Source: Eledone cirrhosa (lineage: Eukaryota). From it: 64,000 nt of DNA. How positions within the stretch are numbered: the stretch's first letter is position 1; every line of letters starts with the position of its first letter. This document shows positions 26,869-40,854 of this stretch, in pieces. Location: NCBI GenBank assembly GCA_964016885.1, contig OZ024748.1:6386001-6450000 (forward strand), written 5' to 3'. The notes beneath the pieces were generated by a model. It was not told the DNA's origin and did not search any database. It worked only from the letters and a program-made list of their open reading frames with translations. The translations under genes were made by a program, and so were the position numbers.

Positions 26869-26870
<2 letters not shown>

Positions 26871-26978
26871 CAAAGAAAGTGTGGTAAGATACCAGGTGGA
26901 CCTAATACGGCTGGCTTAGTTCGGATCTAGCTGTCGCAACGGTCGGAGCTCAGCGGTAGGGGTCCTGACTCTTTTCCT
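26869..26978 (-). mobile_element. Internally deleted family B copy
   Basis: GTGTGGTAAGATACCAGGTGGACC (tail) joined to GAGCTCAGCGGTAGGGGTCCTGACTCTTTTCCTA. Confidence 0.7.
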
Positions 26979-27445
26979 ATATATATATATATACATGAAC
27001 ACAAATACACAGTGAAAATATATATATTCATATATATATTTCTTTTCGAGTACAGTGTGATGTACTTGATGTAATGAGGTGATATTATCGCCGTAATGAA
27101 AACAAATTTCATTAGTGTTAATGAAAATTACTCTCAAAAGAGGCAAGGGGGCGCAACTCCAATAATTTCATTTAACCAAACCTGAATTTTAAATTGATGG
27201 AAGGGATTGACTGTAACCATTTAATAGGTAAATGGCAACATTAGACATACTTCAGTACTTGTTGCAAATCATTCTGTTCCGAGTTCAAATCCCATTTAAG
27301 TCAATATTGGGTTTACAACAATTTGTGGCTGATAGAATAAAGAGTCTCTGAAGTACTGGAATAGATTTAATAGATTTTCCTTTCCTCACCAAAATAGCTT
27401 GTATTTTGCCTAAATTTAAAGCCATATTTTCTATGATAGCTTTCT

Positions 27446-27505
<60 letters not shown>

Positions 27506-28444
27506 TTTCTTTCTTACTTTCTGTCTTTCTTTCTCTCTCTCCATCTTTCTCTCTCTCTTTCTATAAATGTTGCTTTTTGTCAGATTCTTTGTCTCTGAAT
27601 CTCTCTCCTTCTCTACAGCTCCTTCTGTCTTTCTCTCTCTGTGTCACTCTCTCTCTCACTCTCTCTCTCAATCCCTCTCTCATTCTCTTCACCATTAATC
27701 CTGCCTTCAACACCACCAACACGACAATAAACACACCGTTTACTCCCCCACTCTATCAGCACCATATCAAGGAGGAAGCTCAGAAACGGTCCAATAAACA
27801 TGGCGAACTTTTCGTGACATTAATGGCTGCGCAATTATGGCAGAAAAAATACACATGTGACATAAAATGGAAGAAAATTAGATGATAGTGGTGGTTGGTG
27901 GTAGCAGGACATGAGAAAAGACACTGTGTTGGTTAGATATGCATGAAATAGCAGCCAAATATCCCTCGAAACTCAGTCGACTTAAAAAGAGAAATGACAA
28001 AATGGAGAATATAGTCTCTGATATACGAAAAATATGTAAAATTCATATGTGGAATGGTTTTGATGATAGGTCTGCAAATTAAGAGTTGATTCCAGGTCAA
28101 TTAACAATTATGAATAACATTTCACTAGTGAAAGATGAATCGCAAAGGTGACTCCAGAGGGGATTTGAAATCAGAATATAGAAATTTATAACTAAATACC
28201 AGATGGTAGTTTGACCATTGCACTGCTCTGCGGGACACTAGATAAAATTATCACGTCCTTTGGTGGCGAGAACAGTACTTTATGTCTCATGGTCTAAATC
28301 TCAACACTAAAAGCCATGGATTTGAACTCAGAGCTCTGAACGTAACCACCTAAACGAAATGAAACGACCTCAACATTGAAGACGAAGGCAACAACAAAAA
28401 CAAAAGCAGCAATGGCGACGTCTATTACAATGATCCTACAACAA

Positions 28445-28665
28445 TAACGATTTCGGAGTTAGGCAGAAGACCAATAATTTTAGGGGAAGAGGAAAGTCGA
28501 TTAAATTGACCCCAGTGTATTACTGGTGCTTTATTTTCTCGGCCACTTAAGGATGAAAGGCAAAGTTCATCTCGGAGGGATGTGTACTCAGACCGTGAAG
28601 GGCCATAACTCGATGCTGCAAATCATGGTGTCCGACGCTCTACCGATACTGCCAATCCACTGCCC
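28445..28665 (-). mobile_element. tRNA-derived SINE, long 3' variant
   Basis: Reverse-strand A box (CCGATACTGCCA), diverged B box, and the GTCGATTAAATTGACCCC segment. Confidence 0.85.
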
Positions 28666-28935
28666 AATCAGCGACAACGATAACGACAAGTACTATGTAT
28701 AATAACAACATCAACAACAACGACAACAACAAAACAACAACATAAATGGTGGCAGGAGATTCTGGTTTTCTCCGTCGCACGTTCGAGTCCGATGAATAAT
28801 GAAAGAGGGACCAGCTCTGGGTCATACTCCCAATAAAACAAAAGGGAGGTGAAAAGTCATCGGCCAAGTTCAAACTGACAGATAATTATTTTCTTTTTCT
28901 TTTGGGAGCTGACATGAAGGAGGGTGTGTATATAC

Positions 28936-28989
<54 letters not shown>

Positions 28990-29078
28990 GTACATCTCTC
29001 TCATTCTCTCATTCACACACATATATACATATGCACATACACAGACATGCACACACGCATATACATACATATACATAC

Positions 29079-29140
<62 letters not shown>

Positions 29141-29794
29141 TGTTCAGAACGTTCGTGTCATTTTCTTTTTATTCTTTATGTATTTCTCATACTCATTCTC
29201 ATTCACTTCCCCCTCCCTTCCTCCTTCTCCCCCCCCCCCCCCCTCCTCCTCCTCCTCGTCCTCCTCCTCTATACACATTCAAACAGAGCTGCCATCTTGC
29301 TATTTCAATTTCCGTTCTTGCTTTCTTTCTATCTCTCTTTCATTCCTCATCTCTTTCTGTCTTCTTTGTCCTCTGACAACCCCCTCCAATAACCATCACC
29401 CCCCCCCATCACCACCTCTATCAGCACCATCAATATCATCATCATCATCCGTCATCATCACCGCCACCACCACCATCAATATCATCACCATTACCACCAC
29501 CATCAATATCATCACCATTACCACCACCAACATCATCATCACCATCGCCATCATCACCAGCATCACCGCCACCACCTCCATCATCACCCTTTTTTAGCTT
29601 CTACCCATCTTCTTCTTCTTCTTCGTCTTCTTCTCTCTCTCCCTCTCCTCCCTCTCTCTCTCTCTCTCTCTAACTATCTATCTATTTCTCCCTCTCAGTC
29701 TCATTTCTACCACAGATATAGGAAGGCAGGTGGTGTCAATGCGACTGATTCGTAATTGTGTGATGCTGTATTGCACACATAAATGTCTAAACAC

Positions 29795-29837
<43 letters not shown>

Positions 29838-29923
29838 GTAATGATATATGTGAAGACTAAAATCCGAAGAGGACTCAATAAGGATTATATATATATATAT
29901 TCATTTTTTCTCTATATATCTAA

Positions 29924-30112
29924 GGGCGGTGGATTGGCAGTATCGGGAGAGGGTCGGACGCCATGCTTTCCAGCATAGTTACGTCCCTTTACGGTCTGAG
30001 TTCAAATCCGGCCGAGGTTGACTTTGCCTTTCATCCTTACGGGGTCGATAAAATAAAGTACCAGTAATGTACTGGGTATTTGCTGGCCTTGTGCCTAAAG
30101 TAGAAACAATTA
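29924..30112 (+). mobile_element. tRNA-derived SINE, full length
   Basis: GGGCGGTGGATTGGCAGTATCGG...GAGTTCAAATCC...core...AGTAGAAACAATTA. Confidence 0.9.
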
Positions 30113-30157
30113 TATATATATATATACAGAGAGAGAAAGAGAGGGAGAGAGAGAGAG

Positions 30158-30965
30158 ATAGTCTGTAGTACTGAGACCTGGGAGACCACAATTCATGGGA
30201 GGACTCAATGCAGGTGAGAGAGGGAGAGAGAGAGAGAGAGATAGTCTGTAGTACTGAGACCTGGGAGACCACAATTCATGGGAGGACTCAATGCAGGTGA
30301 GAGAGGGAGAGAGAGAGAGAGAGATAGTCTGTAGTACTGAGACCTGGGAGACCACAATTCATGGGAGGACTCAATGCAGGTGAGAGAGGGAGAGAGAGAG
30401 AGAGAGATAGTCTGTAGTGCTGAGACCTGGGAGACCACAATTCATGGGAGGACTCAATGCAGGTGAGAGAGGGAGAGAGAGAGAGAGAGATAGTCTGTAG
30501 TGCTGAGACCTGGGAGACCACAATTCATGGGAGGACTCAATGCAGGTGAGAGAGGGAGAGAGAGAGAGAGAGATAGTCTGTAGTACTGAGACCTGGGAGA
30601 CCACAATTCATGGGAGGACTCAATGCAGGTGAGAGAGGGAGAGAGAGAGAGAGAGATAGTCTGTAGTACTGAGACCTGGGAGACCACAATTCATGGGAGG
30701 ACTCAATGCAGGTGAGAGAGGGAGAGAGAGAGAGAGAGATAGTCTGTAGTACTGAGACCTGGGAGACCACAATTCATGGGAGGACTCAATGCAGGTGAGA
30801 GAGGGAGAGAGAGAGAGAGAGATAGTCTGTAGTGCTGAGACCTGGGAGACCACAATTCATGGGAGGACTCAATGCAGGTGAGAGAGGGAGAGAGAGAGAG
30901 AGAGATAGTCTGTAGTGCTGAGACCTGGGAGACCACAATTCATGGGAGGACTCAATGCAGGTGAG
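30158..30965. repeat. 83-bp tandem array, 10 copies
   Basis: Units start at 30158+83n. Only one site varies (GTAC/GTGC), in the pattern AAAGG-AAAGG. Confidence 0.95.
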
Positions 30966-31470
30966 GTGCAGAGTTGGTATAGAGATATGTATAATCTCGA
31001 CAGTTTGGCGCCGCGATCCGGATTTTACGCACACACACACACACACACGCATATATATATATATATTATATATGTTATATATATTGTATATATTGTATAT
31101 ATATATATATTGGTAAATAGAGACTAGTCAAGTGAAATACCATACTCTCAGTTTGGGTGGATCATTCTCGAGAGGGGCTATGGGTCACCTTGTTGACTAC
31201 AGAAATAGTGACAAATAGGGCTTGAACTCTTACACCTTTCTGTCACAACATAAATATTATTGTCATCCTATCTCTTCTCTCGTCTTTCAGTTGGTGTTCT
31301 TTTTAATTTCGTGTGTCTCTTGATTTTCATGGCGGCGAGTTGGCGGAGTAGTTAAGGCGTCGGTTTGAAAATGCATCGGTTTATGTTACGGCATACTGCG
31401 CCCTCAATTCAAATCTTGACAGATGTTGTACCTCCCTTTCAAGACTGATGAATAAAACACGAGATCCGCA

Positions 31471-31550
31471 GCCATTCACGCGTTGAAAATGCGTTCGGTG
31501 AAACGCACGTCCTCGGGTATTGTTTGCTTATTTGTTGTGGAACTAACTCT
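31471..31550 (+). mobile_element. Homologue of the 7944-8025 segment (degenerate hammerhead-like)
   Basis: GCCATTCACGCG-TTGAAAA...GAAACGCACGTC-CTCG...TTTGTTGTGGAACTAACT. Confidence 0.5.
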
Positions 31551-32292
31551 AGAGAATAAGTAAAAGACCGTTCTTTTTTCTATGAAAGCCACGACCAGAG
31601 AGTTTTAATGGATGTACTGTAGCTCATGTGCGATCCCTTAGGTCCATAACTCCTAATTGAATTATAGAGGGTGACATAGTGATATAGTGTATCTTAGGGG
31701 AGCTCATCTTTCTGTAAGTATATATATACGTAGCCGTTTTCTTCCAGAGAGAGAGAGAGCGGAGGAAATGCAGAAGAGATATAGAGGAAGAATCAAAACC
31801 AGTAGTTGACTGGTATTTTATTTCTTGAACTCGAGAGGATGAAATGAAACGTTGACTTCAGTGTTATTTGATCTTAGTGCAGAAAACCAGAACGAGAACG
31901 AATACAGCTATTTTTTATTTTTATTTTTGGTACAGATACACCATTTCCATCGCGCTGTTTCTCTCCCATCCACACATAAACTCCATCTATCTATACATCT
32001 TTCTCTCTCATTCTTACTTTCTTACTCTCTCTCATTTCATCTCTCTTTTCTTCTGTCTCTCTCTCTCACTCAATCTTTGTCTCTTTTTCTCTCTCTCAAA
32101 AATACACATAGACTTTTTCTCTACCTTTCTCTCTTCATCTCTCTCTTATTCTCTCCCCCTCCCACACAAATTGCCTACTCAAACATACGCACACTCTCAC
32201 CTTCTCTATATCTCACTCTATATATATCTCTATCTATCTATCTATCTAACTCTATCTCTCTCGGACACTCACACACCACATCCTCACACACA

Positions 32293-32323
<31 letters not shown>

Positions 32324-32865
32324 TCTCTCACATTGTATTTATCTATAGGTGCATACACTGTTGCCTATTACTGTTAATGGAAGTTTGACCAACCTATCCT
32401 AGATTACGATCAATATCAGTTGACACCAGAGGTTGGAATATATAGCAAATTAGTAAATTACGTTAGTAACGTTACTCCTATTGGTATTATTGGCTATTTT
32501 CTATATTCTATATACTATTTACTCTTCACTATATACTATTTAGTAGAGCTAGTGATGGAGAGATTATTATCATTCATGTGTACAAAACCTGGCGTAGCAT
32601 ATAACTAGCATTACAAAATGTCTGCCTGTTATATTTATTTATTTTGTCGTTATGTTGTTCCTGTTTGAACTCCATTTGTAAATTATGTAATGTACGTTAA
32701 TATAATTTCCAGAAAAATATATTAAGGTATTTATCAATTTTGTTGAATTATAGAGTTGTCTTTTGTTTCTCCTTTATAGTTATTTATCTTTCTTTATTTT
32801 AGTATTTTTATTTTTTTATTTGATGTTGCTTATTTGATATATATATGTATGTATATATATATATA

Positions 32866-33125
32866 TATTAGAAATGTAAGCTATCGCCATATTTTGACTA
32901 AAGAAATTAAAGAAATTATTTAGCCTGATAGTGGGGTTAAGAACCCTCGGAGAAATGGAAAAAGATGAGTATTGACGTCAATACTTATCTTTTTCCATTT
33001 CTCCGAGGGTTCTTAACCCCACTATCAGGCTAAATAATTTCTTTAATTTCTTTAGTCAAAATACGGCGATAGCTTACATTTCTAATAATTTCAAAACCAC
33101 TCGCTGTTTCGAAAATACTCTTACT

Positions 33126-33128
<3 letters not shown>
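32866..33128 (+). mobile_element. Family D element, 222-bp loopless palindrome plus tail
   Basis: Centre TTGAC|GTCAA at 32976/32977, arms to 33087, tail 33088-33128, (TA)n flanks. Confidence 0.9.
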
Positions 33129-33160
<32 letters not shown>

Positions 33161-33164
<4 letters not shown>

Positions 33165-33436
33165 ATCTATCCTGAGAACATTCAACCGTCAAGGTTGTTT
33201 TTCTGCGGGTATGTCAACATTTCCTAAAACAAATTTTGTATTTTATCTGAAGAAAGCGCACCAAAATTTGCCTTGGTTGCCCTAGAAATATATATAATAA
33301 AATAATTATGGTTTTATAAATATAGTTTCCATTTATTAATATATTGAATATTTACTCCAGTAAACTGTTGAGTGTTTTATATCAGTTATAAAACTTTTAA
33401 GCTTGTTGAATCCCAAAAGTTAAATATAACTTTTGC

Positions 33437-33437
<1 letters not shown>
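33161..33437 (+). mobile_element. Family C element with hammerhead ribozyme
   Basis: Hammerhead at 33239-33304, followed by a tail with TGTTGAGTGT (33366-33375). (TA)n on both sides. Confidence 0.75.
33239..33304 (+). ncRNA. Type-I hammerhead ribozyme motif with palindromic helix III
   Basis: Stem I TATTTTAT/ATAAAATA (8 bp); CTGAAGA 33247-33253; imperfect stem II AGCGCACCAA/TTGGTTGCCCT; GAAA 33285-33288; helix III ATATATAT; predicted cleavage after AUA at 33296. Confidence 0.7.
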
Positions 33438-33475
<38 letters not shown>

Positions 33476-33495
33476 TACATATATATGTGTGTGTG

Positions 33496-33530
<35 letters not shown>

Positions 33531-33534
<4 letters not shown>

Positions 33535-34059
33535 GAAAAAATGTGAAGAATAACATGGTCAACAGTACAAAAAAGGCGAATGTATTTACAGTCTAACAAT
33601 TGTTTCTCTGATTGAGTTGTCTAAAAATTGCTGAACACTAGAAGTAGTGCCATTCAATTTTAAATACGATGCTAGCTCAATCATGTCATCAGAAACTGTT
33701 ATAAAAAATATATATTTTTTATAACAGTTTCTGATGACATGATTGAGCTAGCATTGTATTTAAAATTGAGTGGCACTGCTTCTAGTGTTCAGCAATTTTT
33801 AGACAACTCAATCAGAGAAACAATTGTTAGACTGTAAATACATTCCCCTTTTTTTGTACTGTTGACCATGTTATTCTTCACATTTTTTCAATTTTATTAC
33901 TCCAAGATAAACTTACATAGGAATACAAGTTAAATCATAAACTCGCCATCTACGTGAACCTTTTGTTGAGTCAAACAAAGCCGTACGCTAAAACTATCCA
34001 TAATAAGAAGTATTCACAACCTCTAACTGGATTACCTATAACGATATTTTGTTATCCCT

Positions 34060-34061
<2 letters not shown>
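33531..34061 (+). mobile_element. Largest hairpin-plus-tail element: 363-bp palindrome and ~170-bp tail
   Basis: 33531-33893 is palindromic about TATATA (33709-33714) with ~5 differences. Tail has TGTTGAGTCA at 33964. (TA)n flanks. Confidence 0.85.
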
Positions 34062-34131
<70 letters not shown>

Positions 34132-34718
34132 TAAACGGAATAGAAAATGCTAACAAATTGTTCACAGTTGAAAAATGGTTTAATTAGGAATAAAAGAGTA
34201 TTAGTGATTGTATAGGTTAGTATTCAGTTGTGGTTTTAAGTTTTTAAGTTTTTTCCGGTTGCGCATTTCTAAATGCTTTTCAAAAATAATTTTGAGATAG
34301 AGTGTCCGTGCTGTTTGCTCTGATCTGATTAGTTTTGGGAATTCTACCTGTTTTTATGTTAAAAAAGTGGCTCCAGCGTTACTTTGGTGTTGCAAAAATT
34401 CTTGTGGTCAAAACAATTTTGATTGGTCGGTAGAGGTCATGTGAATGTAAAAAATTGATTTTGATATATATATATATATATAGTAGTGGCTGTTTACATT
34501 GTGAGTTCAAAACCAGTAAAATCAACTTTGCTTACCTTTCAAGGATGATAGAAAATCTATCAGTCAAGTAGTGAGGCTATTTGCCTCCCTGTGTTAGAAA
34601 GTATTATCAATATGTACGTATGTATATATTATACAATGCGTGTAAGTGGCTGTGTGTGTGTGCGGTCGTTCACTAAAAAAAATTGATTAAGAAAACAATA
34701 AATGTTGAAGACAAAAAC

Positions 34719-34937
34719 AATGGTTTCTGATTTCGGCACAAGGCCAACAATTTTGGGGGAGGGGAAAGTCGATTAAATCGAACCCAGTGTATTACTGGTA
34801 CTTTATTTTATCGACCCCGTAACGATGAAAGGCAAAGCAAACCTCGGCGGGATTTGAACTCAGAATGTAAAGAGCCGTGACTCTATGCCATAAAGCATGT
34901 TATCCAATGCTCTACCAATACTGCCGATCCACCGCCC
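34719..34937 (-). mobile_element. tRNA-derived SINE, long 3' variant, full length
   Basis: Reverse-strand A and B boxes, core TCGACCCCGTAACGATGAAAGGC, and GGGGAAAGTCGATTAAATCGA. Confidence 0.9.
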
Positions 34938-36304
34938 AAGACAATAAAAATAACATCAACAAACAAAATTTACATAAAAGAAAAATATAAAAAAATGTAA
35001 AAGTGAGTAAAAATGTTGTCAATGAAATAATTAAGAGGGATAATGATGTTTTATTTTGGACTTTAAACGGAATCTTTCATTTCCTGGTCGTTAATAGAAA
35101 CATCTTCACTGTATAAAGTCGCCATTCAGGATTACAGTCTCTGTTACATAAACATAAACGACCAACTGCCAGCTGCAACTCAACCTCACTTCTCAGATTT
35201 CCTGTAAACTAACAATCAATTCAACGTTTACAGGAAGGCTTCTAGTTGGTCGTTTGACATGGTAGAACTAGCAACCAAATCTTCCGCAAACTATATTTTA
35301 TTTTAAAAGTCACAACGAAATTTTACGTAAATTCACTCGATCTACTAGACCTGTTTGCCAAATCTCCTGCCAATTATACCCAAATGTATTACATAAAGAT
35401 GCTTAACTATTAGATAATGTAGTTCTTGATAAGTAAAACAAAAATGAGGTAGTCATGGCCGGAACGCTTTTCGTCATTGGTCACTACGTTCAGCATCAAA
35501 ACCTATCTACTAGAATCAGAAAACATATTTCTAGACAAACGAATACAAGCACAATTTTGATTTCATATTGGTTTGCTTATCAATGTTAATCGGGGTCGAC
35601 AAAATAAAGTACCAGTAATACACTGGAGTTAATTTAATCAACTTAGCCCTTCCTCAAATTGTTGGCATAGTGTCTAAATCAGAAACCATTATGATGGTCA
35701 TGGATTGAACGTTTTTCAACATAGGTCTGTAAGTACAGGAGTGATTGTCACTAAACAACAACAATGACAACAATAAACTATGGGCTAAACAACAACAACG
35801 ACAACAATAAACTATGGGCTAAACAACAACAACGACAACAATAAACTATGTGCTATACAACAACAACGGCTACAATAAATTATATAACAACAGAACAAAA
35901 CAATTTTGTGACAAACAAATATCTACCATTTTATTTTTTATATTTGTTGTTGTTATTTTATGCAATTACATCTTTTATTTCTATATTTTTCTTCCTTTTG
36001 ATTTGTTTTTTTATTGGGTGGGCGGAGTGGTGGGGATTGACGGGGAGGTGTAATGTTTTATCTTTAGTTTCTATCAAATCTCCTGATTTCATCTTTGTCA
36101 TTCCATTATCAATTTGTTCCTCTCAAGTATTACACCATTTCTCAGTGACGTCATGCACGCGACTGCTGTTTCCGGTGGGCTTGTGGTCGACATGAACACA
36201 AGCATATATAACAACATGGCCGTTTGTGTTTCTCTACGAATAACAGAGTCTTCCTCTTTGCATCGGTTCTGTCTGGTTATTACGACATATTATGTCTTTA
36301 AATG

Positions 36305-36414
<110 letters not shown>

Positions 36415-36752
36415 TGTGTGTGTGCTGAAGGTGTTCTCTATTATGTTTCTGTCTGTCTGTGTGTCTCTCTGCGTTTGTAAATGCCTGTTTTCTGATATAC
36501 AGATATAGTAGTATCAAAGACAACAATATAAGTCACCCATATAACTTTCTTTCACTCTGTGTAATTTGCATACACTCACAACATGGCAACACCGGAGACA
36601 GACATAGAAAACAATCAGGCCCATCGTCATACAGTCACACATAAACACATGTGGATATATATATATATATGTCTACATTTATATATGTATATATGAATAT
36701 ATATATATATATATGGGTGTGTGTTTGTCTACATATATATATGTATATATGA

Positions 36753-36833
<81 letters not shown>

Positions 36834-36857
36834 CATATATATATATACATATACATA

Positions 36858-37073
<216 letters not shown>

Positions 37074-37126
37074 TATATACATATATATGGGTGTGTGTTT
37101 GTCTACATTTATATATGTATATATGA

Positions 37127-37208
<82 letters not shown>

Positions 37209-37397
37209 ATGTATGTATATATTATATAATATGTGTACGTTTGCTTTAGATCATGAAAAGTAAAACATGGCATAGAGACATTGAAACGGCGGTCACCATT
37301 TAAGTTATTTCAATTACTATATTCCGGTCCCCCAAGTGTCAAACAATCTATTCTTATTAAGAAGATGACAGAAACTCCGGAATAAACCTATTTCACG

Positions 37398-37447
<50 letters not shown>

Positions 37448-37922
37448 CACAATATCATTAAACACAATAATAACAACAACAATAACAACAACAACAAAAG
37501 CAATATCAATAATCAAAATAATAATAACAACAACAACAACACCATCAATAAAATAAACACAATAATAACAACAACAATAATAACAATAACAATATCAGCA
37601 AACACAACAACATCATAACAATAGCAACAATGAGGTAATATACACTACATAGGTTTGTGCATGCCTTACGTTTTTCAAAACATTATTCATCATTTTATTT
37701 TATGTTTCTTTATATTATGGTTTTATTTGGTTGTTTTTCTGACTATTATTTGCCTGTTTTTGTTACTATGTTTCGTTTTATTATAATATTTAGTTTCAGA
37801 TTCATGTATTATGTTTTTCTATCTATGTTTGCTGAATTTTATTTTTTTTTAAATGTTCTTGTACGAACAATAATTACGTTGCACATTCAATTAATATATA
37901 TAAAGAGAGAGTAAGTGTGAAT

Positions 37923-38290
37923 GTGCGTGGCTTAATGGTTAGAGAGTTGGATTCGCAATCGCGAGGTTACGAGTTCAATTCTTGGACCGGGCGATGCCCT
38001 TGAGCAAGACACTTTGTTTCACGTTGCTCCTGCCAACAGTTGCGACCGGTAGATAGTATCAGCAATGGAAAGACCAATGGAAACAGTTTTTCCTTGGTAT
38101 GATTTGACGAAGTCCACTCCACTCGCCAAGCAAATGAGGTCTGGGATCTTGTTGATCGATCAGAACGTAAGAGTAAGTGAGAGAGAGAGAGAACTGGATA
38201 TATGTGCGTGTGTGTTTACTGTGGTCAATACACTCGACTAAAACCCTTGAAGGTTGTGCTCCAGTACATTGAGTGAAAGCTATAAAAGAC
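37923..38290 (+). mobile_element. Second tRNA-derived SINE family, degenerate and interrupted
   Basis: A box TGGCTTAATGG, B box GAGTTCAATTC (37971-37981), then CCCTTGAGCAAGACACTT, a core motif common in tRNA SINEs. Confidence 0.65.
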
Positions 38291-38301
38291 TATGTATATA
38301 T

Positions 38302-38482
38302 ATTGTTTCTACTTTTGGCATAAGACCAGCAATTATCCCAGTGCATTACTGGTACTTTATTTTATCGACCCCATAAGGATGAAAGGTAAAGTTAACCTCG
38401 GTGGGATTTGAACTCAGAATGGCAAGGACCGTAACTCTATGCGTCAAAGCATGGTATCCGACCATCTACCGATACTACCAAT
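38302..38482 (-). mobile_element. tRNA-derived SINE
   Basis: Close reverse complement of 26653-26835. Confidence 0.9.
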
Positions 38483-39423
38483 GTAGATGCCTATCGCTAA
38501 CATTTAGTGAACCAATTGTGGGGTAGGTGCTTCCGAATATTTCGGATGGATACTCCAATACCCTTGGGAATATTTTGACCTCATTCTTCAGTTTATAATT
38601 TTTTTAATTCCCTGTTGTTCTTTGTTCATTGAGAATAAAAGTTAGTAAATTTAAGACTGCAAGGATGTTAATATAGAATATTTATGTACTCTGATTTATA
38701 AACCTGGGGGTGCACCAATGGAAAGTTTACAGTCGGGGGGCGGGGGGGGGGGGGGACATGGCATCCAGTCAACCTCCTTTGGTGGTGAACTCGGGCGTGT
38801 ATGTCCGCCGTGTGTGTACTCACTTGTATTTGAGTGAGTGTATACGGTTTAGAAAATGTATGCGATTTAATATATCATGCGATATGTCTCAGTGTTCTAG
38901 TAACATGATTATCCGAATATACAGTATACATGTGGGGGGGGGGGGGGCGTATGTGTGCGTGTGTGTACATGTGTATGTTCACACACACGTACTCACTCAT
39001 ACAAAGATATATTACAATATTACACAGCCCATTATTCGCATGAGAGGATATAATAGGGTAGAAACAAAATATATTTCTATATCTAATCTCATTGAATGAA
39101 TTCTATCATTTAAAATACAATAAGTAACATGTTATAATATTTTGACTGTTAAAGAACAGTCAACACTGTCTGACTATTCCTACAAATGATTTATAAACGA
39201 CCTATCTTCACATGTGAAATTCAATTATATCTATATTCATCTATATATATATATGGAAATAACTCACACACAAATGAACCCATTGCATCTGTGCAGAGAG
39301 CGTGCCTTACACGCCACAAACAATACCTCGTTGGCACTCCTTCTTCATATAAATATGTTTATATCATATATATATATATATGTGTGTATACTTATTTATA
39401 TATATATATACATACTTACATAC

Positions 39424-39461
<38 letters not shown>

Positions 39462-39660
39462 GAACAAGTAAGACCCCGACGGCTGAGCTCAAGCCGTTTC
39501 GACGGGTAATTCTGGACAGGAGTCCAGAATTAGCCGTCGAAACGGCTTGAGCTCAGCCGTCGGGGTCTTACTTGTTTCTATTACCCACTCTACTACCCTA
39601 AGTATTGAGTACTTTGGTGCGTTATGGTCCACCTGGTTCCTTACCACATCTCCTTCGTTA
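39462..39660 (+). mobile_element. Family B hairpin-plus-tail element
   Basis: ~56-bp arms and a short AGGA loop. GAAA-CGGCT-TGAGCTC-AGCCG-TC at 39539-39561, TATTGAGTAC at 39603-39612. Confidence 0.9.
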
Positions 39661-39757
39661 TATATATATATTTGTTCTGCGTTCTAAAATCATAACCCAC
39701 TGCGGGTCACTTCACCTATCGATTCAGGGTCGATAAAGAAAGTACCATTTGCTGCAA

Positions 39758-39836
<79 letters not shown>

Positions 39837-40589
39837 TGTTTCATGCTTACGGGATCGATAAAATAAAGTACCAGTAATGTTCTGGGTAATTGCTGGCCTT
39901 GTGCCTAAAGTAGAAACAATTATTTTAGTCACTGGTGTTGGGAGGACTACATTTCATTTTTATTTATATACTATTATCAAGTTCGGTTCTATAAGCTAAT
40001 TCGGAATTGGTTTTACAGGTTACATTTCGTTGTTGAATAATTTTATAAAAGTTTTATCTAAAGCCAAAGCGACTGTCCACTCCTAACGTTATTTTCGGTT
40101 GACCAGTTATATTCAAGATGTTAATCATATTTTTGTATATAAGCAGTAAATTTTTATGGTAATTGCTCCTCATTGTTAAGCACTGATGAAGGCATCACAT
40201 TAGTTATGTTATTGGTGGATGCACTAAAAACACAGCCACGATTTCGAAGGATATACTGCATATATATATATATATAACCACACATACATACAACACATAC
40301 ATACTCTCTCTCTCCCTTTCTCTCTCTCTCTAGATCAGAACAGAACCACTATCTTCCAAACAAGGCGAGAGAGTGATGAAGACGAAGTGAGAAAGGGATA
40401 CAAAGAAAGAATCAACCCCCGTGCAAGACTGGTAGAATTTTCATCGATATCTGAACGATGAAATGCAAAATTGACCATCGGAAGATTTGAACTTAGAACG
40501 CAGAGACCAGGAATGACGCAAAGCTATGTATCCGACCTTCCAACACCTCTGACAATTACCCATCTCATATATAAGTATATATATGTATG

Positions 40590-40670
<81 letters not shown>

Positions 40671-40673
<3 letters not shown>

Positions 40674-40780
40674 GTACTAGTCCTGTAGAAGCTCCTTCTA
40701 TAAAATAAAAAAATGTTTACTCTGCCATGTATTGAGTACCTTACTTACTGTGGTTATCCCCGACTCAACCCGGGACCTAC
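40671..40780 (+). mobile_element. Family F copy lacking the inverted arm
   Basis: TAGTCCTGTAGAAGC...TATTGAGTACCTTACTTACTGTGGTTATCCCCGACTCAACCCGGGA matches 25806-25900. Confidence 0.8.
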
Positions 40781-40793
40781 GTATATATATATT

Positions 40794-40826
<33 letters not shown>

Positions 40827-40854
40827 CTGTGTGTGTGTGTGCGTATATATATAT

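Noticed and set aside
30158-30965. CRISPR-like array
   Set aside because: The units are identical with no unique spacers, there are no cas genes, and the context is eukaryotic.
33732-33760. CTGATGA inside the large palindrome
   Set aside because: No stem II or GAAA downstream.
37923-37990. tRNA gene
   Set aside because: It has A and B boxes but no clean acceptor stem and continues into a SINE body.
38530-38595. Minus-strand CTGAAGA...CCGAAATATTC
   Set aside because: Stem I does not pair and stem II is inconsistent.
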